Shown here piece after piece: positions 11,057 to 21,713 of a stretch of 64,000 bases of DNA. The notes beneath the pieces were generated by a model, which saw only the letters and a program-made list of their open reading frames with translations, was not told where the DNA came from and did no database searches. The translations under genes were made by a program, and so were the position numbers. Position 1 is the stretch's first letter. Each line of letters opens with the position of its first letter. This stretch comes from Williopsis jadinii (taxonomy: Eukaryota), in contig AP024666.1 in assembly GCA_024346625.1 (NCBI GenBank), positions 62,001 to 126,000 of the forward strand, written 5' to 3'.

Positions 11057-12229
11057 ATGGAATCACTTCTACTCAATAGAACTTTGGGAAACATATCGCA
11101 TGATAACTTTAGGAAAGTTGCCACTGAATCGTTGTACTATCGTATAGGCCCATTGAACGAACCAAAGTTCCCCCTGAGAAAGAGGCCCGTCCCTATAACG
11201 TGCTTGAACTTCAACACAAGTAAGGTACGACGCCATGAATACCTGCTCTCCGGAGACGCTGGTTCATCTCTCAAGCTGTGGAAAGTGGGATCACAAAGAG
11301 CAAAGACCGAAATGCTTGGTGATATTAACAAGGGTAACGGGGGACATAAGTTTGGCATCACATATGTCCAATGGTGGCCATTCGACGATGGGATGTTTCT
11401 CTCGAGCTCCTACGATACCTCGCTGAAAGTTTGGGATTCGAGTACACTAGAAGAAGCATTCACGTTTGAGCTTGGGATGAAGATTAACAACTTTGATATA
11501 TCGCCTCTAGGAGACTCTTTGATCGCCGTTGGATGTGATAGTACTCATGTTAGGATCATGGATCTGAGAAGTACGTCTTCTGTTCAGAGTCTGAGTGGAC
11601 ACAATGGGACAGTGCTGAGTTGTAAATGGAGCCCAACGGATGGCAACATATTGGCAACCGGTAGCTCCGAAGGGGAAGTTAGGTTGTGGGACGTGAGAAA
11701 GACAAATGCATGTGTTACTCAATTAGACCTCTATAGAACAGATAAGGATGGTGCCATTGCAAAGAACCAAAGTAAGAGAATTGGGGTGTTGAAAAGTAGT
11801 GCAAAGGCCCACTCCTCAAATTGCAATGGAATCTGTTGGCTGGAAAACGGCAAGACGTTGCTCACCACTGGTGGAGACGATAAAATCAGAGTGTGGAACC
11901 TGGATATACCCGGTGGTGTAAATACGCTGCTAAACTTTGGCCAATTTGTCAAGAACAAATCACCCGTATACAGGACTATGATTCTAAGCCCTAACTGTGA
12001 GACAGAGGTTCAATATCTGTGGTACCCCTCCGACAACGGAGAAATCCTGGTCTTTAGGCTCATGGACGGGAAGTTGATGAACAGATTAAGAAGAAACATC
12101 GAAGACAACGTCAGAAGCACTTCTGTTGCATACTTGGGCCACAACAGTGTGAAATATTTTTCAGGAACTGTTGATGGAAGAATCCTCGCATGGGGACCAA
12201 CATCTGAGGAGACATCAGACACCGAATAG
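11057..12229 (+). CDS. RAD28: Rad28 / CSA (ERCC8)-like WD40 repair protein
   Basis: WD40 repeats with CSA-typical HKFGITYVQWWPFDDGMFLSSSYD and ILATGSSEGEVRLWDVR; the start could be ATG 10982 or 11057. Confidence 0.85.
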   Translation: MESLLLNRTLGNISHDNFRKVATESLYYRIGPLNEPKFPLRKRPVPITCLNFNTSKVRRHEYLLSGDAGSSLKLWKVGSQRAKTEMLGDINKGNGGHKFGITYVQWWPFDDGMFLSSSYDTSLKVWDSSTLEEAFTFELGMKINNFDISPLGDSLIAVGCDSTHVRIMDLRSTSSVQSLSGHNGTVLSCKWSPTDGNILATGSSEGEVRLWDVRKTNACVTQLDLYRTDKDGAIAKNQSKRIGVLKSSAKAHSSNCNGICWLENGKTLLTTGGDDKIRVWNLDIPGGVNTLLNFGQFVKNKSPVYRTMILSPNCETEVQYLWYPSDNGEILVFRLMDGKLMNRLRRNIEDNVRSTSVAYLGHNSVKYFSGTVDGRILAWGPTSEETSDTE

Positions 12230-12440
12230 AATGTTACTATCCCATCGTCTATTGGTTATTGTAGCTTAAGCACTGAGCATATAGGTACAATACCGTGGTG
12301 TAAGGATGTTTGGGTGTCTGGATGTATCACGGGTGCGCGTACCGCACATCCCATTCTGGTTAAAACAAGCGATGAGCCCTTCACTCATTCCTCCTTTTTG
12401 ATAACAAGCAAGCCTGTCTGTGGGTACTTAGAGCCTAAAG

Positions 12441-15400
12441 ATGTCACACGAGCACGGAGATCCAGATGTACCTGGCAACGATGACTCCAGTAGCACTGAT
12501 CTTTCTGGCATGGGCGTGAGGTTGGTGGAGCAGACTTCCTTGGAGCACAAGATTCAAGCCAATGCTACCAAGCTCTTCAAGGAGAAAGAGATTGAAAGCG
12601 ACCACAAGCGGCTCGAAAAGGCGAGAAACACTGTAACGAGGATCAGAAATGAGATATCAAAGTTGAAAGACCGTGTTAATCATCCACGGACGAGGATTTC
12701 TCAGAAAATGGAGCTGAAAGAACGTATTCGCTCCATGACAGAGGAGCAACTGAAAGAGGCCTTACAGGATGTGAGGGATATTGAAGGACGGTTAAGGCGA
12801 AACATGACTGCTGGCGGTGAGCTGAAGAGCGAAGAGGGAATGGCTGGTAGACTGCCGAATGAATCAGAGAAAGATTTCCTGATTCGAACGGGTAAGATCA
12901 CAGCGTTTGGTAACTCCAGTGGGTTTGTCGTTGAGGATGAGGATAGAGAAGCCCGTGACAATGGCTATGAAGCAGAAGCTTCACACCAGAACTTGAAAAC
13001 ACCTGGATTATCGAACGTAAGCGGAGCCGTAAGGAAAAGGGCGAATGATGAGGACGTTGACTATACAGAAGTCAGTTCTGATACCGAGACTGATGAAGAA
13101 TTCCAGACCAAAAGGCCGAAACTACTAACTGATGATGAAATCAGAAACGTGGATGACGGGGTAGAGTCCTTTTATCAAGATCGTCTGAACACATGGATTC
13201 ATAAGAGATCCAAATTGAGAGGACCAGATAACGACGACAAGACACCAGAATGGCGTAAACCTCATCCAACACACCCTGATGCTTCTCTTCATCACGATTT
13301 CAAGATCCCAGGTGATATATACCCGTCTCTCTTTGACTACCAAAAGACAGGCGTGCAGTGGCTATACGAGCTTTACCAACAAGAGCACGGTGGGATAATA
13401 AGTGATGAGATGGGACTGGGGAAAACCATACAGATCATTGCCTTCATTGCAGGGTTGCACTATTCAGGAATGCTTGACAAGCCTGTCCTGATAGTTTGCC
13501 CTGCAACCGTGATGACACAGTGGGTCAACGAGTTCCATACTTGGTGGCCACCTCTCAGAACGATGGTGCTTCATTCTATCGGTTCTGGAATGAGTGGGAA
13601 GACAGGGACGGAAGAGGAGCTGGAGAATCTGATTACTTCAATGGAAGACGAAGACGAAGATACTGGTGTTAAAAGAACACTAAGCTCTATCAAATCTGAA
13701 TCTAACGCTAAGGCCATTATGGAGAAGCTCATCGAAAAGGGACACGTTCTCATCACAAGCTATGTCGGGTTAAGGATCTACGAAGAGCACCTCCTGAAGG
13801 TGAATTGGGGATACGTTGTCTTAGATGAAGGCCATAAAATCAAGAATCCAAACTCAAACATCACAATATTGAGTAAAAGATTGAAAACCCATAACAGGGT
13901 CATTCTTTCAGGAACACCAATCCAAAATAACCTAGTGGAACTTTGGTCTTTGTTCGATTTCATATTCCCTGGGAGATTGGGCACTTTACCAATATTCGAA
14001 GAGGAGTTTGAAGAGCCCATAAAGAGAGGTGGATATGCTAACGCAAGCAACATGGAGGTGAAAATCGGATACCAAAAGGCTGTGATATTGAAGGATCTCA
14101 TCCAACCCTTCTTGTTGAGAAGAATGAAAGTGGATGTGGCAAGAGACCTACCATCTAAGCAGGAGTACGTGCTCATGTGTCGCTTGACAAAGTACCAACG
14201 AGAACGGTACGTTGAATTCTTACGCTCAAGGGAGTTCAAAGCCAATTCATACCTGGGGGCCATTGATACGTTGAGGAAGATATGCAACCACCCAGATTTA
14301 GCTGATGCCAAATTCAAGGAGTCAGATCCACGATACGGCGACCCAGCACGTTCAGGGAAACTCCAGGTAATCAAGTCACTGCTGCCGTTGTGGAGAAAGC
14401 AACACCACAAGGTCTTACTCTTTACTCAGACAAAACAGATGATGACCATCTTGGAGAAGTTTTTGCAATCCTCAATGGGGCCAGACTATAGATATATGAA
14501 AATGAGTGGTGAAACCAACATTGGAAAGAGACAGGATATGATTTATTCCTTCAACAACGAGCCTTATGATCTTTTCTTGCTGACGACGAAAGTTGGTGGT
14601 CTTGGTGTTAACTTGACAGGGGCTGACAGAGTCATAATATTCGATCCAGACTGGAATCCCTCGACTGATTTACAAGCTCGTGAGCGTGCCTGGAGACTGG
14701 GACAGAAGAAAGAGGTGTTGATTTATAGATTGGTCATTGGTGGCTCTATTGAGGAGAAAATCTACCATCGTCAAATCTTCAAGCAGCTCTTAACTGACAA
14801 GATCTTGAAGGACCCGAATCAGAAACGGTTCTTCAAGAACAGTGAACTTCATGACCTATTCACTTTATCAGATTTTGACGAGGGTGATGGCTTCACCATA
14901 GAGAAACCGAAGAACAACAAGGACGGCGACGATTTGGCTAAGATTACAGAAATAGAAGGAGTGAGCAAGCTGGAAGCGTTCAAAGAGCAGCAGAAGAAAG
15001 AGACAGAGGATGACAGGCTCATGGGTGGGCTGTTGAACAATAACATCATAGCTCAAACCATGAAACACGATGCTGTTGTTGACCAGCATTCTAAACCAAA
15101 GAACGACATGGCTGATGTTGAGGCTCTTCAGGCAGCTCACAAGGCCCTTGAGGCTTTGAAACAGTCCAGAAGACAAGTGAAGAAAGCTGGCGTGGGCATC
15201 CCTACTTTCACAGGTAAAGTAGGACTTGCTGGTAAGAAGGCCACTTTATCCAAGCTTGGTGCAAAGTCTTCTTCATCAATCTTGTCAAACTTGAAAAAGC
15301 TCAAGGAACCTCAGCTTGGACCCTCTGGTCATACCAAGACAATAGGTGATATGAGGTCGTACCTTGAGAAACAGCCCAACCGTTTTGCCAAATCCGGTGA

Positions 15401-15527
15401 CATTTTGAAGGCTTGTAACGTTGATATAAAGGAGAAGAAGGATTTGACCATGATCCGTACAATGCTCAAGGGCATTGCAAACTGGGACTCACAGAGATCT
15501 GGCTGGGTGTTAAAGGACGACTTCTAA
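12441..15527 (+). CDS. RAD26: Rad26 / CSB Snf2-family ATPase, transcription-coupled repair
   Basis: ESEKDFLIRTGKITAFG, DEMGLGKT, LDEGH, DPDWNPSTDLQARERAWRLGQ and a C-terminal winged-helix-like end (GWVLKDDF). Confidence 0.96.
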   Translation: MSHEHGDPDVPGNDDSSSTDLSGMGVRLVEQTSLEHKIQANATKLFKEKEIESDHKRLEKARNTVTRIRNEISKLKDRVNHPRTRISQKMELKERIRSMTEEQLKEALQDVRDIEGRLRRNMTAGGELKSEEGMAGRLPNESEKDFLIRTGKITAFGNSSGFVVEDEDREARDNGYEAEASHQNLKTPGLSNVSGAVRKRANDEDVDYTEVSSDTETDEEFQTKRPKLLTDDEIRNVDDGVESFYQDRLNTWIHKRSKLRGPDNDDKTPEWRKPHPTHPDASLHHDFKIPGDIYPSLFDYQKTGVQWLYELYQQEHGGIISDEMGLGKTIQIIAFIAGLHYSGMLDKPVLIVCPATVMTQWVNEFHTWWPPLRTMVLHSIGSGMSGKTGTEEELENLITSMEDEDEDTGVKRTLSSIKSESNAKAIMEKLIEKGHVLITSYVGLRIYEEHLLKVNWGYVVLDEGHKIKNPNSNITILSKRLKTHNRVILSGTPIQNNLVELWSLFDFIFPGRLGTLPIFEEEFEEPIKRGGYANASNMEVKIGYQKAVILKDLIQPFLLRRMKVDVARDLPSKQEYVLMCRLTKYQRERYVEFLRSREFKANSYLGAIDTLRKICNHPDLADAKFKESDPRYGDPARSGKLQVIKSLLPLWRKQHHKVLLFTQTKQMMTILEKFLQSSMGPDYRYMKMSGETNIGKRQDMIYSFNNEPYDLFLLTTKVGGLGVNLTGADRVIIFDPDWNPSTDLQARERAWRLGQKKEVLIYRLVIGGSIEEKIYHRQIFKQLLTDKILKDPNQKRFFKNSELHDLFTLSDFDEGDGFTIEKPKNNKDGDDLAKITEIEGVSKLEAFKEQQKKETEDDRLMGGLLNNNIIAQTMKHDAVVDQHSKPKNDMADVEALQAAHKALEALKQSRRQVKKAGVGIPTFTGKVGLAGKKATLSKLGAKSSSSILSNLKKLKEPQLGPSGHTKTIGDMRSYLEKQPNRFAKSGDILKACNVDIKEKKDLTMIRTMLKGIANWDSQRSGWVLKDDF

Positions 15528-15590
15528 GTAGAAGAGACGAGATTATAGTAGCACGTGCATTGTGAATTTAATGATTTAAGAGGAAATAAA

Positions 15591-17630
15591 TTAGTAGGAA
15601 CGACCAAACATTGTGTAGTTGATGGCCTTCTCACCACACTTGACACACTTTGTATCTGGCTTCAACTCTGGCTGGTTGAATGGGATACAGAGGGACTTTG
15701 CACCCATGGATGGGGCCTTCTCATCCACTTCCTCATCTTCGCCGTCATCCTTCTTAGCAGAAGAGTCCTTGATGTCCTCTTCACACTCCATACGGCCACA
15801 CCATGGGGACAAGATGACGTTCTTAGCGTTGAGTGCTGGGACAAAGTCCTTCCAGTCCTCAACGAGGATTCTGTGAGAATCGAATGCCTCCTTAGCCTTA
15901 GCGAAGAGGTCATCGTGCAATTGGTCCAAGATCTTTGGCAACTCTTCTTCAAGAGAATCGAGAGAGAGATTGAACTTCTTAGAGTCGTTACGACGAACCA
16001 CGGTGACCTGCTGCTTCTCCAAGTCCTTTGGACCGAACTCCAGACGAAGTGGCACACCCTTAAGTTCCCAGTCGGAGAACTTCCAGCCTGGAGAGTAGTT
16101 ATCACGGTAATCACCGATGGCTCTAATGCCAGCCTTATTCAATCTTGTTTCAATGGCCTTCACACCATCCAAGATGGCATTCTCTTGTTCCTTCGTGGTC
16201 TTAACGGTCAAACCACATGGAATGATAACAGCTTGGGTTTGAGCAACTCTTGGTGGGATGACAAGACCCTTGTTATCCGAATGAATCATAGTCATGACAC
16301 CAATAACACGGGTGGACAAACCCCAGGAGTTTTGCCATGCAAAGAGCTTTGGCTTATCTGGACCTTCAGGGTTTTCCACGGAGATGTTGAACATCTTGGA
16401 GAAGTTCTGGCCAAGACAGTGAGAGGTACCACCTTGGATACCACGACCAGTAGCTGGGATGTAACCTTCCACAGTGGTTGTGAAGAACCCACCAGCAAAC
16501 TTCTCCTTTTCGGTCTTCTTACCTTTAACCACTGGCACAGCGAGGAGCTCCTCATAGACAGCAGCGTAGAAGTCCAAGATTTGCAACACCTCTTCATTGG
16601 CCTCTTCAAAGGTCAAATGAGCAGTGTGGCCTTCTTGCCACAAGAACTCTCTGGTTCTCAAGAAAGGTTGTGGATGTTTGAACTCCCATCTAACCACGGA
16701 GTTCCACTGGTTCAGCTTCAATGGCAAATCTCTGTGAGATTGGACCCATTTGGAGTAATATGGATACATGACGGTCTCAGAGGTTGGTCTAATGGCAATT
16801 GGCTCATCCAACTCCGAGCTACCGGCTCTGGTGACCCACGCAACCTCTGGAGCAAAGCCTTCAATGTGGTCCTTCTCCTTCTCCAAAACTCTTGAAGAGA
16901 CAAAGAGTGGGAAAGAGCAGTTCTTAACGCCCAATGCTTTGATTCTGGTGTTCAAGAAGTCCTGGATAACCTCCCAGATGAAATAGGATGCTGGTCTCAT
17001 GATGTAACAGCCTGAAACGTCGTAGTACTCGAGCATTTCACCCTTTGTCAAGATCTGCTGATACCAGCCTGGGAAGTCGAGGAACTTATCGACAGTGACA
17101 CCGATGAGCTTAGCATCCAACTGAGCCTTGTTCTCCTTCTTTGCAGCAGAAGCATCCTTCTTAGGAGCAGCAGCCTCCTTCTTCACCTCTGGCACAGCAG
17201 AGAAGTCCACTGGGATCAGCTCGACACCTGTGGTCTCCAAGTAGCCCAAGATGTCCTTACCGGACACGCCAGCCTTAGCGGACTCAGTGGCCAGCTCGTA
17301 AACCTGGTCCTTCGATAGAGCCTCATCGACAAGCACTTTGATCTTGCCAGCGTGCTCTTTGGTCACAGAGGCGACGGAGAACTCCTTAGCGTGGACACCG
17401 AAGAACTCCTCCACAAGCTCATCCTTAGCAAGACGTGGCTCCTTCACGCCGGCAGCATGGGCAATGGCACTGGCTGGAGTCTGTGTGGAGTGGAGTGCAA
17501 AGACGACAACAGGGACAGGGACAGCGGTCTTAGCGGTCTTTGGCTTGAAGACAAGCGATTTGGTAGCGTTCAGGCCCTCGGAGGACACTTGAGCAATGGA
17601 AAGAGCAGCAAGAGAAGCCTCTAAAGCCAT
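15591..17630 (-). CDS. Cytosolic prolyl-tRNA synthetase with N-terminal YbaK/ProX-like domain (YHR020W orthologue)
   Basis: RPTSET, PFLRTREFLWQEGHT, QNSWGLSTR and C-terminal FGRSY motifs. Confidence 0.96.
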   Translation of the reverse strand: MALEASLAALSIAQVSSEGLNATKSLVFKPKTAKTAVPVPVVVFALHSTQTPASAIAHAAGVKEPRLAKDELVEEFFGVHAKEFSVASVTKEHAGKIKVLVDEALSKDQVYELATESAKAGVSGKDILGYLETTGVELIPVDFSAVPEVKKEAAAPKKDASAAKKENKAQLDAKLIGVTVDKFLDFPGWYQQILTKGEMLEYYDVSGCYIMRPASYFIWEVIQDFLNTRIKALGVKNCSFPLFVSSRVLEKEKDHIEGFAPEVAWVTRAGSSELDEPIAIRPTSETVMYPYYSKWVQSHRDLPLKLNQWNSVVRWEFKHPQPFLRTREFLWQEGHTAHLTFEEANEEVLQILDFYAAVYEELLAVPVVKGKKTEKEKFAGGFFTTTVEGYIPATGRGIQGGTSHCLGQNFSKMFNISVENPEGPDKPKLFAWQNSWGLSTRVIGVMTMIHSDNKGLVIPPRVAQTQAVIIPCGLTVKTTKEQENAILDGVKAIETRLNKAGIRAIGDYRDNYSPGWKFSDWELKGVPLRLEFGPKDLEKQQVTVVRRNDSKKFNLSLDSLEEELPKILDQLHDDLFAKAKEAFDSHRILVEDWKDFVPALNAKNVILSPWCGRMECEEDIKDSSAKKDDGEDEEVDEKAPSMGAKSLCIPFNQPELKPDTKCVKCGEKAINYTMFGRSY

Positions 17631-18168
17631 TTTGATTTGTCTTGATTTGTCTTGTTTATGGGTTCGGTGTTGAAATTTGTCCGTGAAAAGTTGTCGAAAG
17701 TTTGTTTTTTATCTTTTGTCGATGCGCGGGACATTTTTGAGTGGGTTTTTCGCCTCGCGGGTTTGTCCTGTCGCTGATTTTGATTTCCAGCGAGGATAGC
17801 GTTTGTGCATGTCCGTTGTGTGGTTATCGTGGCCATGTCTCCTCGGCTTTTGGGGTGGTGGTTTGTCCCAGCTGGCAAGGGGAAGGAAGACAAGACGAGA
17901 CAAGAGATCAGAGAGTTGTGGATAGGCTTACACAGGCGAGTACACGGCACAGATGCCTCGATCATGTGGGCTTCATCAGATGTGATCACTGAGTAGGACT
18001 CAATCAGCTGCGGTTGTTTGGCTCAACGGCCACCATTTAGTGTCAAACCCATCCGGGTAACTCGTCCCGCCAGTTGTCTCGTTTTTTCTCTTGCGTGGCC
18101 GTGGTCGAAGTTGGCCGGTTTGGCGAGGTAAAAAAAAGTGGACATTTTCATAAACTCTCGCCAATCTT

Positions 18169-18175
18169 TGACTCA
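18169..18175 (+). promoter_or_regulatory. Gcn4-type site TGACTCA in the ProRS/DED81 divergent promoter
   Basis: Perfect TGACTCA ~80 bp upstream of the DED81 ATG; Reb1-like CCGGGTAA at 18053-18060. Confidence 0.5.
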
Positions 18176-18250
18176 TCGCAACATCACTCTGGACAAGCAG
18201 TCATTCACAATCGCCCAAAGGCTCCGAAAGAGAATAACAAAAGCTTAGAG

Positions 18251-19900
18251 ATGTCAACTTTCTACGTGAAGGACACAGGTGTCGACGAGGTCGGTGCCGG
18301 TAGCGAGACCAAGCCATTCCAAACAGCCGCTTATGCGATTTATACCGATGCAAGTGCCAAAGTGCTTGTCTACAAAGAGGACGACGAGACCAAGGGGTTT
18401 GTAGAGATCTCGTCGAGTGCTCTGAAGAAGGCTAAGAAGGGTGCCGAGGGTCTTAAGAAGAAGGCAGAGAAGGCCAAATTGGCTGCTGAACAGCAAGCTG
18501 CAAGGGATGCCGAAGAAACTGCAAAGAGACTGGAGGCCATGAAGATTGAAATCAAGGAGGATGCGTCCTTGCCAGAGGCTAAGAGATCCAAGATTAAAGA
18601 TTTGTCTCTTGATAGTGGTAGAGTCAGAGTCTCTGGCTGGATCCACAGATTGCGTCTTCATAAGGATAAGGCCTTCCTGGTCATCAGAGACGGTACAGGG
18701 TTTCTTCAAGCTGTGTTGTCTGGCGACCTCGCCAACGCTTACCAGACCCAGACTTTGACCTTGGAGTCTACAGTTACTCTTTACGGTACCATTGAGAAGT
18801 TGCCAGAGAACAAAACAGCAGCTGGTGGTATTGAAATAGTTGTTGACTTCTACAAAGTTGTTGGTTTGGCTCCTTCTGGTGATGATGCATTCTCCAACAA
18901 GATCCAGGAGAATGCTGACCCTTCTTTGTTGCTTGACCAGCGTCACTTGGCTCTCCGTGGTGAAACCCTTGCCGGTGTTATGAAGGTTCGTGCAGCTTTC
19001 CTCAGAGCCATCAGAAGAGTTTATGACGAAGAGTCCCTTACAGAGGTTACTCCACCTTGTATGGTTCAAACCCAAGTTGAGGGTGGTTCAACATTGTTCA
19101 AGTTGGATTACTACGGCGAAGAGGCCTACCTCACACAGTCCTCTCAATTGTACTTGGAGACCTGCTTGCCGGCCCTTGGTGACGTTTACTGTATCCAGGA
19201 ATCATTCAGAGCTGAGAAGTCCCATACTCGTCGTCATTTGTCTGAGTATACCCATATCGAAGCGGAGTTGGCATTCCTTACATTTGACGATTTGCTGTCG
19301 CACATCGAAAGAGTCATCACCAAGACCGTCCAGTACACTTTAGAGGATCCAATCGCAGGCCCAATCATCAAGCAGTTGAACCCAGACTTCCAACCTCCAA
19401 CCCTACCATTCAAGCGTCTTGCCTATGCCGATGCCATCACTTGGTTGAGAGAACACGGCATCAAGAACGAAGAAGACAAGGAGTTCGAATTCGGTGATGA
19501 TATCGCAGAAGCTGCCGAACGTAAGATGACTGACACCATCGGTGTTCCAATTCTGCTCACTCGCTTCCCTGCCGAGATCAAATCCTTCTACATGAAGCGT
19601 TGTTCAGACGACAGAAGAGTCACAGAGTCTGTTGACGTGTTGATGCCAACCGTTGGTGAAATCACCGGTGGTTCCATGCGTTCCGAGGGCTTGGACGAAC
19701 TGATCGAAGGCTTCAAGCGTGAGAACATCAAGGACTACGAGAAGGCCTACTACTGGTTCATTGACCAGCGTAAGTACGGTACCTCTCCACACGGTGGTTA
19801 CGGTTTGGGTACTGAGCGTCTTCTCGCCTGGTTGTGTAACAGATTCACCGTCAGAGACTGCTCCCTCTACCCACGTTTCAGTGGAAGATGTAAACCATGA
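18251..19900 (+). CDS. DED81: Cytosolic asparaginyl-tRNA synthetase
   Basis: AYLTQSSQLYLE, FRAEKSHTRRHLSEY and PHGGYGLGTER motifs; first ATG at 18251; synteny with ProRS and ARG4. Confidence 0.96.
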   Translation: MSTFYVKDTGVDEVGAGSETKPFQTAAYAIYTDASAKVLVYKEDDETKGFVEISSSALKKAKKGAEGLKKKAEKAKLAAEQQAARDAEETAKRLEAMKIEIKEDASLPEAKRSKIKDLSLDSGRVRVSGWIHRLRLHKDKAFLVIRDGTGFLQAVLSGDLANAYQTQTLTLESTVTLYGTIEKLPENKTAAGGIEIVVDFYKVVGLAPSGDDAFSNKIQENADPSLLLDQRHLALRGETLAGVMKVRAAFLRAIRRVYDEESLTEVTPPCMVQTQVEGGSTLFKLDYYGEEAYLTQSSQLYLETCLPALGDVYCIQESFRAEKSHTRRHLSEYTHIEAELAFLTFDDLLSHIERVITKTVQYTLEDPIAGPIIKQLNPDFQPPTLPFKRLAYADAITWLREHGIKNEEDKEFEFGDDIAEAAERKMTDTIGVPILLTRFPAEIKSFYMKRCSDDRRVTESVDVLMPTVGEITGGSMRSEGLDELIEGFKRENIKDYEKAYYWFIDQRKYGTSPHGGYGLGTERLLAWLCNRFTVRDCSLYPRFSGRCKP

Positions 19901-20176
19901 AGACGGTTACGTATTATATAGATTTCGAACATCCAATCATACTTCATCTCTCTATAATACGTCTTAAGCCTGTATCACCAACCTCATTATGGCTTCCTAA
20001 TCGGGAACACGACGAGGATGACTCTTTCGCTGAAAGCGGACAGCGCCGCCAAAGCGGGTAGAAAAAAAAATTTCCACCTTCGTCCATAGTTGATGGGGGA
20101 AACTGATCAATTGAGATTAACGAGCTTGCTTTGGAAGGCTTTAGAGATAACCAGTTCGTATCCATTGAGTATAGCG

Positions 20177-21562
20177 ATGTCTGCGCCAGCTAAGTTGTGG
20201 GGTGGTCGTTTCACCGGCGCCACTGATCCATTGATGAACCTTTACAACGCGTCTCTTCCTTACGATAAGAAGATGTACGCTGCTGACTTGGAGGGCACCA
20301 GGGTGTACACCAGTGGTCTGCAGAAGATTGGTCTGTTAACTGAAGAGGAGCTCTCTGAGATCCACCGTGGATTGGAATTGATCAAGGAGGAGTGGTCGCA
20401 GGGCAAATTTGAAGAGAAGGACGGAGACGAGGATATCCACACGGCCAATGAACGTAGATTGGGTGAGATTATTGGACGTCAAATTGCCGGAAAGGTCCAT
20501 ACTGGCCGTTCAAGAAACGACCAGGTTGCCACTGATATGAGACTTTACGTCCGTGAGCAGTTGGGTAACCTGTCCAAGATTTTGAAGGACTTGATTGAAA
20601 CCATCGTCAAGAGAGCAGAGTCCGAGATTGACGTCTTGATGCCAGGTTATACCCATTTACAGAAGGCCCAGCCTATCAGATGGGCTCATTGGTTGAGTAT
20701 GTACGCCACGTACTTCACAGAGGATTTCAAGAGATTGCAACAGATCATTGAAAGGGTCAACGTTTCTCCATTAGGTGCCGGTGCACTTGCAGGTCATCCA
20801 TACGGAATCGATAGAGAATACCTTGCTGAAAACTTGGGATTTACCGGTGTCATTGGTAACTCTTTGACTGCTGTCTCTGACAGAGACTTTGTCGTTGAAA
20901 CCATGTTTTGGTCTACTCTTTTCATGAACCACATCTCAAGATTCTCCGAGGACTTGATCATCTACTCCTCTGGTGAGTTTGGTTTCATCAAGCTTGCAGA
21001 CGCCTACTCCACAGGTTCCTCTCTGATGCCACAGAAGAAGAACCCTGACTCCTTGGAATTGCTCAGAGGTAAGTCAGGTAGAGTGTTCGGCTCCCTCTCT
21101 GGATTCCTCATGTCCATCAAATCTATTCCTTCGACTTACAACAAGGACATGCAAGAGGACAAGGAGCCATTGTTCGACTGTCTGATCACTGTGGAGCACT
21201 CCATCTTGATTGCCACCGGTGTCATCTCCACTTTGAACATCAACAAGGCCAAGATGGAGGCTGCCTTGACCATGGACATGTTGGCCACTGACCTTGCTGA
21301 CTACCTCGTCCGTAAAGGTGTTCCATTCAGAGAAACCCACCACATCTCTGGCGAGTGTGTCAAGCTCGCAGAGGACGAGAACCTCAGTGGAATCGACCAA
21401 TTGACTCTGGAGCAGTTCAAGAAGATCGATTCAAGATTTGGTGATGACGTTAAAGACGTCTTCAACTTTGAGGCCTCTGTCGAGAGAAGAACAGCCACAG
21501 GTGGTACTGCCAAATCAGCAGTTCTCAAGCAATTGAAGAACCTGAAGGATCAATTGAACTAA
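20177..21562 (+). CDS. ARG4: Argininosuccinate lyase
   Basis: [17 protein letters not shown] and [12 protein letters not shown] signature; TGACTC at 20019-20024 upstream. Confidence 0.98.
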   Translation: MSAPAKLWGGRFTGATDPLMNLYNASLPYDKKMYAADLEGTRVYTSGLQKIGLLTEEELSEIHRGLELIKEEWSQGKFEEKDGDEDIHTANERRLGEIIGRQIAGKVHTGRSRNDQVATDMRLYVREQLGNLSKILKDLIETIVKRAESEIDVLMPGYTHLQKAQPIRWAHWLSMYATYFTEDFKRLQQIIERVNVSPLGAGALAGHPYGIDREYLAENLGFTGVIGNSLTAVSDRDFVVETMFWSTLFMNHISRFSEDLIIYSSGEFGFIKLADAYSTGSSLMPQKKNPDSLELLRGKSGRVFGSLSGFLMSIKSIPSTYNKDMQEDKEPLFDCLITVEHSILIATGVISTLNINKAKMEAALTMDMLATDLADYLVRKGVPFRETHHISGECVKLAEDENLSGIDQLTLEQFKKIDSRFGDDVKDVFNFEASVERRTATGGTAKSAVLKQLKNLKDQLN

Positions 21563-21713
21563 GCAGATGCACCTATCTATACGTTTACACATATTTATAT
21601 ATTAAAAGCATTGAATAAGAGGTGTTTAATAGGTGTTTGGTAGTAGAGGAGTAATTAACCCGGACACCCATAGTTAAGGGAGTGGAAAAACATATGCGAA
21701 GAGGTTGTTGGTG

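Noticed and set aside
15555..16895. 446-aa ORF antisense to ProRS (and similar antisense ORFs over DED81, URA3 and RAD26)
   Set aside because: Mirror-frame ORFs expected from strong codon bias in highly expressed genes; non-ATG starts and no recognisable domains.
18074..18250. N-terminal extensions on DED81 (likewise ARG4 and SLM5) in the ORF track
   Set aside because: They begin at TTG/GTG or run through promoter sequence. A separate mitochondrial AsnRS exists, so dual targeting of DED81 is not needed.
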